Positions 27,391-38,032 of a stretch of DNA of 64,000 nt are shown piece after piece. The notes beneath the pieces were generated by a model. It ran no database searches. It had not been told where the DNA came from and worked only from the letters and a program-made list of their open reading frames with translations. A program made the position numbers and the translations under genes. Origin of the DNA: Octopus vulgaris (Eukaryota); the NCBI GenBank assembly GCA_951406725.2, contig OX597821.1, positions 61,380,001 to 61,444,000 on the forward strand. The letters run 5' to 3'. Positions within the stretch are counted from its first letter, which is position 1, and every line of letters begins with the position of its first letter.

Positions 27391-29667
27391 TTAGAGTATG
27401 TTTAGTTGTGGTCTGTATTTTTGAATAAGATTACTTTCCTTATTTATTCGTGTTTGGTCTGTGGTGTTGTCCGAGCATTGGTATAGTGGGAAGACTAAGA
27501 ACTTGGGGGACTTATTGTGTGCACAAAGGTCTAAGTGTCCACTTAGTGGTATCTGTCTTGTGGAGGGGTCCCTCAGTTGTTGTCGGTGAACTGTCATTCT
27601 GTCTCTGAGGGTAAGGCTCGTTTGCCCTATGTAGTCTTCGTGGCAACCTTCACACCTTATGACGTAGAGTAAATTTTTTGATGCGCACGTGAAGTTATTT
27701 TTTATGATGAATGTGTGTCCCGAGTGGAACTTGTACGACGATCCCTCAATGAGGTGGATGCAGGTCTTACAGTTGGGGCGACCACATTTTTTGATGGTGG
27801 GCGGTGGGTTTGTGTTGTGTAATTTTGCGTTGGTGAGGAGGTTTTTTAGGGATTTAGGTTGTCTCTTACTTTTTATTATTTTATGAGCTGCCAGTATTTT
27901 TTTCAGGCGTGGGTCTTGATTTAGTTGTGGAATGTTGTTGTATATAATAGTGTAAGCTTCTGCATTCCTTGGGTTGTGTGTTGAGAGATAAGGGAGGCTA
28001 TTGACTGTACTGTGGATGTGTTTGGGTTTTCGAAGGTCTTGAATGTTGATTGATTTGGCCCGTTCTATTCCGTTGTCTACTAGTGATGCCGGGTAATGTC
28101 TTTCGAGAAGAATTGCCCTTAGTTCCCGGAGTCTTCTATTTCGTGTTGTGTCATTTGAGACAATAGTGCAGATTCTTCTCGCTAGGTTGAAGGGGATATT
28201 TGTCTTTGTGTGTTTTGGGTGATTGGAGGTGAATAGAAGGTATTGTTTAGAGTCAGTGGGTTTGTAATGGATGTCAGTTTCAATGTTGACGCCTTTTTTA
28301 ATGATTAGGATGTCAAGAAAAGGGAGTTGGTCCTGACTATATTCCATTGTGAATTGAATGTTGTTATTTACACTGTTGATAAGGTTTTTGAAGTCTATAA
28401 GTTGGTCGAGTGTGTGGGACCATAGGATGAGGCAATCATCTAAGTAGCGTTTCCAGTTCTCCAACAGGTATTTGTGGAAAGACTGGCCGTACTTATATTT
28501 GGATTTTTCATAGATATGTGATTCCAGGTAGGCCATCACCAGGTTTGCATAGGTAGGTGCAACTTTCGTACCCATTGCAGTTCCTGAGACCTGTCTGTAA
28601 GTGTTGTTGTGGAAATACATGAAGTTGTTTTGCAGAATAAATTTGAGGCCCTCAATTATGAATTCTTTTTTAATTCTTTCCGGGATCTCATTGGGATATT
28701 TATCCAGCCAGAATTTAATGGCTTCCAGTCCAAATTCATGTGGGATTGTGGTGTAAAGATTAATAACATCAAAAGAAACGATTAAGGTGTCTTTATCGGC
28801 ATGTTTGGGGAGATGGTTTAATAGGTCCAGGTCATCTCTTACAATACTTGGAATGTGTTTCAGTATTGGCTTTAAGATGATATCTATAAAGTTGCTAAGT
28901 CTGTGTGTTTCACAACTGGGGCCTGCCACTATTGGTCTCAGTTTGAGATCAGTGGGATGTGGTATAGTGATGTAGGTTGAAGTGGACTTTTTGCAAGCTT
29001 CTGTGATAATTTGACTCTTGTGTATTTTTGGAAGCCCATAGAGTGTGCTGGTTTTGCAATTAAATTTAGTAATGTAGTCGCATTCCTTTGCTGTCAAGTC
29101 ATTCCGGTGTTGGTAAATGAGTGCCTTCAGATTGGTCATTGTTTTGGATTGCTGGTAGTCGACTACTCTTTCGTAGTATGTGGTATCCTCTAAAAGGAGA
29201 GATACAGAGTTTTTATATTGCTCAGTATTCATAACAACGACCGTACTACCCTTATCAGCTTCCTTTATTGTGACGTCATGATTGTCTCGTAGCGTATGGA
29301 TGATTTCCCATTCTCTTTTACTGGTGTTGGGTTTGAGTTTAGGTTGTGGGAGTTCACCATAAGGGAAGTTGGAGATGTAATCGCAAAATTTGTCTAAGGT
29401 TTTGTTTTTGCCTTTTATGGGATTATAGTTGCTTTTGTTACAGACCATTGATTCGTCGTTATTATTAGTTTTTCTGTCAAAAAATTCCTCTGTGAGGCGT
29501 AATTTTCTGCAAAAGTGCGAGATGTCATCCTGTATTTCCCTCAGGTTAGGGTATTGCGGAGTTGGGGTGAATTTTAGTCCTCTTGAAAGGATTTTTATTT
29601 GTGGTGTCGACAGGTTTAGGTTAGAAAGATTCACTATTTTTGGTTTTTCGGGGTTGGTATCTACCAT
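27391..29667 (-). CDS. PLE-2 ORF2: reverse transcriptase + Cys linker + GIY-YIG endonuclease (758 aa)
   Basis: LSRGLKFTP, IKEADKG, YGLPKIHK, LRPIV, SFDVINLYTTIP, QVSGTAMGTKVAPTYANL, WKRYLDD, LPFLDI, YKPTD, CGRPNCKTC, LLYVIRCEGCHEDYIGQT, RINKE...QLN. No stops. Confidence 0.96.
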   Translation of the reverse strand: MVDTNPEKPKIVNLSNLNLSTPQIKILSRGLKFTPTPQYPNLREIQDDISHFCRKLRLTEEFFDRKTNNNDESMVCNKSNYNPIKGKNKTLDKFCDYISNFPYGELPQPKLKPNTSKREWEIIHTLRDNHDVTIKEADKGSTVVVMNTEQYKNSVSLLLEDTTYYERVVDYQQSKTMTNLKALIYQHRNDLTAKECDYITKFNCKTSTLYGLPKIHKSQIITEACKKSTSTYITIPHPTDLKLRPIVAGPSCETHRLSNFIDIILKPILKHIPSIVRDDLDLLNHLPKHADKDTLIVSFDVINLYTTIPHEFGLEAIKFWLDKYPNEIPERIKKEFIIEGLKFILQNNFMYFHNNTYRQVSGTAMGTKVAPTYANLVMAYLESHIYEKSKYKYGQSFHKYLLENWKRYLDDCLILWSHTLDQLIDFKNLINSVNNNIQFTMEYSQDQLPFLDILIIKKGVNIETDIHYKPTDSKQYLLFTSNHPKHTKTNIPFNLARRICTIVSNDTTRNRRLRELRAILLERHYPASLVDNGIERAKSINIQDLRKPKHIHSTVNSLPYLSTHNPRNAEAYTIIYNNIPQLNQDPRLKKILAAHKIIKSKRQPKSLKNLLTNAKLHNTNPPPTIKKCGRPNCKTCIHLIEGSSYKFHSGHTFIIKNNFTCASKNLLYVIRCEGCHEDYIGQTSLTLRDRMTVHRQQLRDPSTRQIPLSGHLDLCAHNKSPKFLVFPLYQCSDNTTDQTRINKESNLIQKYRPQLNIL

Positions 29668-31001
29668 CTGGTGTCGTGGAAACTGATGCCCTTGCCTAAA
29701 GGAATCCTGGGGGTTCTTCTATTTGCGGTATTTTGCTGTATGTGATTCTGTCCCCCGTTGACATGTCTGTTGAAGAGGTTTTGGTTGTTGTGATTCTGTC
29801 CCCCGTTGCTATGTTGTCTGTTGAGGAGGTTTTGGTTGTTCCAGGGTCTGGGTTGTTGGTGTGGCCTCCTGGAAGAGTTTTGGTTATTCCAGGGTTTGGG
29901 TTGTTTGTCCTGGGTGTAATGTTGGTTCCTTAGAGTGGGTTGGAAACTATATTCATGGTTTAGAAGTGAATTCCTATATGTTGGGGGAGAACTCTGAGTT
30001 AGGAGCGGTTTTGGTTGGAATCTACAATCATAGTTCAGAGATGGGTTTCTAAGTGATGGGTAGGATCTCCGAATCTGGAACAGTTCTTGTGTGGGTTGGG
30101 GTCTACGTTGTCTGGTAAAGTTTTGTCGTGTGATGATGGGTGTCTCGGTTCTTTTGATGGGATTGTAGTGCTGTCTGTAAGTTCTGTTGTTGTTGTTGTC
30201 GATGTTAGGGGTGGTGTGTGTTCGGTGTTTTGTGGTTGGTTTTCTTTGTTTTTGGCGAGGGGTGTGAGTTGAAGTAGATATTTTAAAATATGGGTTGCTT
30301 GAAAGGTGTTCCTTTGTGAACTCTGTTTCATAATTGGTGAACCAGCTGTTTTTTTCCATTCGTTGGAGGGATGTTATTTCTTCATCCTCGCAGTTTTTTC
30401 TCCAGAGTTTGGTGGTTTCATCAAGGAGTGCTCCTTCACAGTGTTTTGAGATTTCAATCTGCATTTCATTGTCAAGGGTCTTGGATTTTTCTTCACTGGT
30501 GTTGGCTCTGAGCCGCAAGAGTTCTACTTCCGTTTTGAATTTTTCAAAAGCTAGTTTCTCCCTGAGGTTTTTTTGGTTTTCTGGTTCATTTTGGATGGGT
30601 TTTATTTGTAGTTTTCTGGGTAGGATGATAGGGGTGGAGTTGAGCCACTTTTCATAAATGTCAGCTTTGTTGTTATTTTTTATGAAATTCCAGAAGGCAA
30701 ACTTACGCGCTTTGAGATTTTTACTCCAGGTGTTGTTAAGAGAGCTTTTAATTGAGAAGCAGTCTTTAGTTTGCTCCTGCTTTGGGAGCACTGCCGTCTC
30801 TATGGATTTCATTAGGTTTTGCAGTGTTGGGATGATGTCAGGGATTTGATTGGTTGTTTTGGACTCCATGAGTCCATTTAGGTATAAGTGCGATTGTTCG
30901 ACTTTGTTTATTATGGTTGAAAGTTTCGAGGAGATTTCTTGTAATTCTTTTAGGATATTTTGGTTCATTAAAGATTCTGCTTGTTGTGATTTGGGTGGCA
31001 T
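29661..31001 (-). CDS. PLE-2 ORF1 (446 aa): predicted coiled-coil N-half and Q/N/R/P-rich repetitive C-half
   Basis: A long open ORF starts ~35 nt after the upstream pLTR and overlaps ORF2 by 7 nt (ATGGTAG). Confidence 0.8.
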   Translation of the reverse strand: MPPKSQQAESLMNQNILKELQEISSKLSTIINKVEQSHLYLNGLMESKTTNQIPDIIPTLQNLMKSIETAVLPKQEQTKDCFSIKSSLNNTWSKNLKARKFAFWNFIKNNNKADIYEKWLNSTPIILPRKLQIKPIQNEPENQKNLREKLAFEKFKTEVELLRLRANTSEEKSKTLDNEMQIEISKHCEGALLDETTKLWRKNCEDEEITSLQRMEKNSWFTNYETEFTKEHLSSNPYFKISTSTHTPRQKQRKPTTKHRTHTTPNIDNNNNRTYRQHYNPIKRTETPIITRQNFTRQRRPQPTQELFQIRRSYPSLRNPSLNYDCRFQPKPLLTQSSPPTYRNSLLNHEYSFQPTLRNQHYTQDKQPKPWNNQNSSRRPHQQPRPWNNQNLLNRQHSNGGQNHNNQNLFNRHVNGGQNHIQQNTANRRTPRIPLGKGISFHDTRW

Positions 31002-31036
31002 TTTCGGGACTCGTGTGATGTTTATATATATATATA

Positions 31037-31883
31037 AAAAAGTTGAGTTGTGGGGTATCGCACGAGTGGGATTATATAAGAAAAAAGGTTTGAAAATGCA
31101 ATTTAAACGATGTTTATTTACTTAACCGGTTTCACTCTTTGGTAAAAGATTGTCAAAAGTTACATTTAAGGAAACATTGAATAATATGGGTTCAAAAAAA
31201 GTTTTTTACATAATTGTCACATTGGATATTATGAATTCAAAAATGTTTTTTTATACATAATTGTCACATTACATGTATAAATATAGTGTTGGGTAACAGA
31301 GAAGTTCAATAGTGTGATGAGAATATTTGGGAAAATTTGGCAGAAAAGGATACAACAAATATATTATTGGGAATTGGTTACGTTAATTATTGGTTGTCGC
31401 AAATTGTCACATTACATGTATATATATACAATCTTTGGTATATATATACAGCGTTTTGACAGCAAAAATTAAAATGGATTTTTTGTACATCTCAGAATAT
31501 TTTAAGTATGTTTTTACTGACCTGTCAGTATTAGCAGAAAGGCTGAACTGAGAGAACAGAAGAAGTAGCCAATGTGGTGTATACTTCCCCTTTATGCATG
31601 AATGATTTTGGGGTTATCAGGAGGTTAGTATGCGGGTGTGAATAGATGTGTCCGTGCCTGCTGGTCAGATAGCGTCTGTTTGTCACACACATATATATAC
31701 ACACAAACACACACACACACAACAACACACACACACACATAGTATACAAACACACACCACATACAAACAACACACACACACACAGAACACACACACCCAC
31801 ACACAACGCACCCACATATATCACATATACACACAGCACACAAATATAACATGTATCTATATATAACATACACAGATATATAA

Positions 31884-31932
<49 letters not shown>

Positions 31933-32436
31933 CACACGCACACATACATACATAATATAAATATCACACAAATACACCTAGCATATATATACACACATAC
32001 AATACACACATACAGCATGTAAGTAATATACATACACAATATATGCATGCAATATACATACGCAATACATACATATAATATATATATATATAGACAATGC
32101 ATATACATATATACACATATACATATAAATAGTGTTTACATACACATACATAGATGTACCACATATACACACAACACACATACATACAATGCATACACAT
32201 ACACGTACGCATACATATAATATATATATACACACACACACATAACATACATACACACACAATGCATACATATATATACACGCAATGCATATACATGTAT
32301 TCATGCATATATAGCACACCTACAATATACATATATACAGTGCACACATACACACAAATATATACACTTAATTGTACACGTACATATACAATACACATAC
32401 ATACAATATACATATACACAATGCGCATGCAAATAA
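31037..32436 (-). repeat. 5' pseudo-LTR of PLE-2
   Basis: Direct repeat of 25279-26677; contains a hammerhead copy at 31120-31160. Confidence 0.95.
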
Positions 32437-33148
32437 CTGTGTGTGTGTGTGTGTTGTTTGTATGTGGTGTGTGTTTGTATACTATGTGTGTGTGTGTGTG
32501 TTGTTGTTGTGTGTGTGTGTATTTGTGTGTATATATATGTGTGTGACAAACAGACGCTATCTGACCAGCAGGCACGGACACATCTATTCACACCCGCATA
32601 CTAACCTCCTGATAACCCCAAAATCATTCATGCATAAAGGGGAAGTATACACCACATTGGCTACTTCTTCTGTTCTCTCAGTTCAGCCTTTCTGCTAATA
32701 CTGACAGGTCAGTAAAAACATACTTAAAATATTCTGAGATGTACAAAAAATCCATTTTAATTTTTGCTGTCAAAACGCTGTATATATATATACCAAAGAT
32801 TGTATATATATACATGTAATGTGACAATTTGCGACAACCAATAATTAACGTAACCAATTCCCAATAATATATTTGTTGTATCCTTTTCTGCCAAATTTTC
32901 CCAAATATTCTCATCACACTATTGAACTTCTCTGTTACCCAACACTATATTTATACATGTAATGTGACAATTATGTATAAAAAAACATTTTTGAATTCAT
33001 AATATCCAATGTGACAATTATGTAAAAAACTTTTTTTGAACCCATATTATTCAATGTTTCCTTAAATGTAACTTTTGACAATCTTTTACCAAAGAGTGAA
33101 ACCGGTTAAGTAAATAAACATCGTTTAAATTGCATTTTCAAACCTTTT

Positions 33149-33152
<4 letters not shown>
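32437..33152 (+). repeat. Inverted partial pLTR of PLE-2
   Basis: Reverse complement of ~31079-31785; contains a hammerhead copy at 33071-33111. Confidence 0.95.
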
Positions 33153-33203
<51 letters not shown>

Positions 33204-33268
33204 TAAAAACAAGATGAAAATACAGAGTATATAGATACAAATTACTTTATTAACATATAGTTAATTAA

Positions 33269-33381
33269 AATTACCTACAAGTGTTTCAATTTTACTCGAT
33301 ACTAATTATAACATTATAAATAAACTAAGATAAAATTTGCATTTAGAATATTATATGAGTAAAATTTTATTAGGGCTAATT
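33269..33381 (-). ncRNA. Decayed hammerhead with long stem II
   Basis: GCC-CTAATAA-AATTTTACTC...GAGTAAAATT-GAAA-CACTTG-TA-GGT. Stem II has a perfect 10-bp base, but the core is mutated. Confidence 0.5.
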
Positions 33382-34389
33382 ACCATTAAACGATTATATG
33401 TTGTTAGGTTGAGATTTTGAAGTAGACTGAATAAACGAAGACATGTTTATATGTGTGTGTGTGTGTGGGTGTTAAATATATTTTATTAGAAAATAAGAAA
33501 ATGAAATAAAATAAAATAAAATGCGGATAAAGAGAAAAATAATACAAAATGCGAATAAGATAAATATACACATTATAAATGAGTATATCTATAGATTTTA
33601 CTAATTTATGTGTTTGTGTGTATGCGTGTTTAAAATAATAAACGAATTCGTTTATTCATGCTTGTGCGCGTTGGTATTTTGATATAAAAATAAAAGATAC
33701 GGTATATGCGCGTATTATTTCAGTTTATAATTAATTGGGTGTGTGCATGTTAACTGATTTTGTAACAAAGGGATCGTTAAAGTTGGATAAACATTTATAT
33801 CTATTATGTTTACCAGTAAAATTGTAAATATATATATTCTATTATTTATTATACTATTAATAAATAAAACTTACAACTTATGCGTTATAGTTATTTGAAA
33901 TTATTTAATCTGTTTAATTTGTATTTATCCGGGGTTTAGTATATTGTGTATCACATGATCAGTTTGAGTATTCAATTCAAGGGATTCGTGTTTTACGTCA
34001 TCAAAAATTGTGTTGTTATTATTAAATAGACTTCTATTTTGTTTATAGATTAAAAGGCATGTACTATCATAAAATTCAATCCAACACCACATATGAGATA
34101 ATACATTAATTTATCAAATTTTATTAAATAATATTAAATTATATTTCATTTAATTTAACCGTACTTTCGAAATACATATATATATATATTCAATTAGAGG
34201 CGAAATTAGCCTTATTAAGGGATGGTATTATCCAATGAATTACTGGTTCAATACCTAATATTTGTTGTGATTAATAATATTCATGAAGCATTAGGTTTAT
34301 ATATAAACCATGGTTTATGCTCATTCAAAAGAAAGTAAGAAAATAGAGATATAGCATTTAAAAAATGATCTGCAAAATTCAAACATAAT

Positions 34390-34473
34390 CCCTTACAGCT
34401 GTTTCAATTCAGCCTAAAAGATTAAACAGCAATTGTTAAAATCATTATATTAGGCAAAATATCTTCAGAAAGG
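34390..34473 (-). ncRNA. Type I hammerhead with long stem II
   Basis: CCTTT-CTGAAGA-TATTTTGCCTA...TAGGCTGAATT-GAAA-CAGCTG-TA-AGGG, with palindromic stem III. Confidence 0.7.
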
Positions 34474-34890
34474 AAGAACAAAGATTTTTATGTGTTGTAT
34501 TTTAGAATCCTCTCAGCAGACTGAGTTTTATTTTATGCCTAATAATGGCATATTTTCGGTTAGGGAATTAAAAGTTGTTATAGTTTGTAATGGATAATAT
34601 GTGAATATAATTAGAGTAATAATAGGTAAATAGATAGAGGTTGAATAGTAAATTACAGCGAAGGAGTGTAACATATGAATGAAAAGATAAAAATATATAC
34701 TTAAGTTGCTTATAAAGCTGAGGGAAACTAATACATAAACATATATTAACGCAAGTCAAAAGGGTTCGTCTTTTAATTCAATGCATATTCATTTATATAT
34801 ACACTTCTAAATAGGAATATATGTATACATATATAAAGCCGAACACACACACATACGCACACACACACACACGCACACACATACACACAA

Positions 34891-34953
<63 letters not shown>

Positions 34954-35526
34954 AGCAATAGATGCAAATATGTATACTTATATGCAAACATACGTGGAAA
35001 TACATGTATGTGCATCAATTCGCACAAATGAATACAAATCTAAAGAACAACACATATATATGTATATATGTATATATATAAATATATAAATATATATATA
35101 TATACGTATGCATACATAAGCAAACATACATTTTGTCAACATAAAGCGTGTACACTCTTATAATATGCATATATACATGTATATTAAGATAAGTTAACGA
35201 GTACTTAAAAAAGAATAATATATAAACTTACACACAAAGAATGATACTCTCACCCCTAAAATATATTGATATGGATCACGTAAAGTCAAAACAAATTTGA
35301 TTGGTTAAATATTTAAAAAATAGATAGCGTTCCTGTGTGAATTAATTTAAATCGATCAAAAGGGAAAAAGTAAGATATTTTGTTTCTAAAGGAATAGGCG
35401 CTCATATCAATATGAATAAAACTACTTAAGCGATAAGGGCACTTATGAAATCACTAATAATTCATGTTAATCTATGAGGAGAGGTAATTATTAAATAATT
35501 ATGTTATATATGTATATATATATAGA

Positions 35527-35580
<54 letters not shown>

Positions 35581-35583
<3 letters not shown>

Positions 35584-35775
35584 AGAGTTTACGAAAAACA
35601 AAAGACGAAGACAGGTGGTGTACAAAACAAACAGATGTATTAGTATAACGCTCAGGAATCTAAAAAGTCTTTTGCGTTTCGAGCCTACTCTCTTCTACAG
35701 AAAAGGACACAGAAACAAAAGAAAACAAGGAGAGAAAAAAATGTGCGTAGTGGCTAAAGATCTATCACGGCGACG
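35581..35775 (-). mobile_element. ~200-bp (TA)n-anchored repeat with a hammerhead-like core (family H)
   Basis: Its reverse complement resembles 53840-54030 and 57975-58190; shared motif TTTCTG(A/T)AGAAGAG..GCTCGAAACG..AAA..CCTGAGCGT. Confidence 0.6.
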
Positions 35776-36369
35776 GACTGTTAATTATTGTAAAAATGTG
35801 ATCTTTTAACAATATATATATACATATATGTTTATATATTTATGTAATTATAACTCAGCATAGATTAGATTACCAAGAACAAGACCAAATAAAGTAATTG
35901 AATATTAAATAATAGATAATAATTTATGAATAATTAAGTATACAAAAGAATTTCTTATCAATGTAACTAAAATTAAAATAATATTTATAAAGCAATTGAA
36001 AATATTTATAGTACTCTCAAATACGTTATGAATACATGTACGCATATATAAAAATATATTTATATATGTGTACAGATATATACGCACAAAATCATCCATA
36101 TATAATTACACGTGCTTATCGAAACCGAACACATACTAGTTAATACCTATATATACATTTCATATCGATATGGACTCGCAAATATACACACATATTACGT
36201 TATATGCATATAACAATACGTATTCAACTGGAACTATACATATAAAATGATAGGTATAAATATAACATCATTCACATATATATATATAAAACTTCTTATC
36301 TATGTACTCATTCACTTATCTGTAAATACATATATACATACATATATACATACATACATACATACATAT

Positions 36370-36433
<64 letters not shown>

Positions 36434-36921
36434 AGGTATATAAGCGTGTATACGCTTTATGTGGACAAAATATGAATTATGTATAAGTGTTGACATATAT
36501 ATGTGTGCGTGTGAGTTCGTTCTGACTTTGGGTCCTCAGTGACTGACATCCACTGGCTACATAGCTGTTGAGTGTCCAGTCAACGATGATTATGATATCA
36601 GTATATATTCAAGTAATGATGTCACAAATAACCAGCCGGTTTATTAGAAATTATTTCTTAGCGACAGAAGCAGTAGTAATAGGAAAAGCCCCACCGCAGT
36701 GTGGACGTTGTGTTAGAATATAGAATGCTGCGTCAGTTACCTTGTGTGGACATCTCAGGCGGATCAGTGGTGATTAAAAGACCACATATTTACAATAATT
36801 AACAGCGACATTTAAAAAATTATCATAGCTCATTAGTTATGTTCGGCAGCAGCCCCTAAATAGACACTGATATTCTATATATCCTTAACCGAAGATTCCT
36901 CTGTAATGTTGACTCAGTATG

Positions 36922-36970
36922 TTTACCACTGAGGAGGCCTAAACAGGACGAAATCAATTGATCTGGCAAA
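36922..36970 (+). ncRNA. Type I hammerhead ribozyme
   Basis: TTTACCA-CTGAGGA-GGCCT AAAC AGGAC-GAAA-TCAATTGA-TC-TGGCAAA. Confidence 0.8.
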
Positions 36971-37064
36971 ATTAATGGCCGTAGCAATATAAACAATATA
37001 AATATCTCTTAAGATATATAAAATGCGTTATACACCTTAGGTGTGTATGTGTGTGTGTGTATAA

Positions 37065-37129
<65 letters not shown>

Positions 37130-37789
37130 AGTGCATGTATATATATATGCATTTAGGATGTATGAATGTGTGTATGCATACATACATACATTCAACTGCT
37201 TTACATTTAGCTCATAATAAATGATATATTAATACTTTTGTTACGAACATTTTAATTGGTGCTGAATAATTATCGATTCCTGAGCTAAACCACGTATTTA
37301 AAACATCGAAATGTATTGCTTCTCGACAAAATCTAATATATCATCTCAAATATTGTATCTTTTATTTTCCTTAGGAATCATTAAAATCTCTCATTAGAAT
37401 AATTTCGCCATTTTCCGTCCATGTGATTCCAACCCTTCGATTTATCATGCGCTTCTGATTGGCCCATGGAGAGCCGTTATTTCCATGTGGTAATTGATTT
37501 ATGGTCAATTAGGCTTTGATGAGATTTCTTTGTTTGCTTAGCTAAGAGGAAAAATCTGATACTTGTCATATTTAAAATATAGTATTCCTAAAAAAATCCT
37601 ACAAATTAATATTATAATTAATCTTTAGTTAGTTGTGAAATTACTGAAGGAAAATATTTCATATTAATATTAATAATATAAAACAGAATGTATTTTAAAC
37701 GACGATATTAAAAATAATTTATATTAATATTTATGCTTTTCTGCTACTTAATATTTTCTAAGAAATTATTGTTAAGAGTCATTATTATT

Positions 37790-38032
<243 letters not shown>

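Larger units (their letters stand above)
25279..33152 (-). mobile_element. Penelope-like retroelement PLE-2 (Neptune-like), apparently intact: inverted pLTR - pLTR - ORF1 - ORF2 - pLTR, in (TA)n
   Basis: Direct repeats 25279-26677 and 31037-32436, inverted copy 32437-33152, two open ORFs, and (TA)n on both flanks. Confidence 0.95.

Noticed and set aside
25279-32436. LTR retrotransposon reading of the long direct repeats
   Set aside because: There is no TG...CA, PBS, protease or integrase. The RT motifs and GIY-YIG identify a Penelope-like element.
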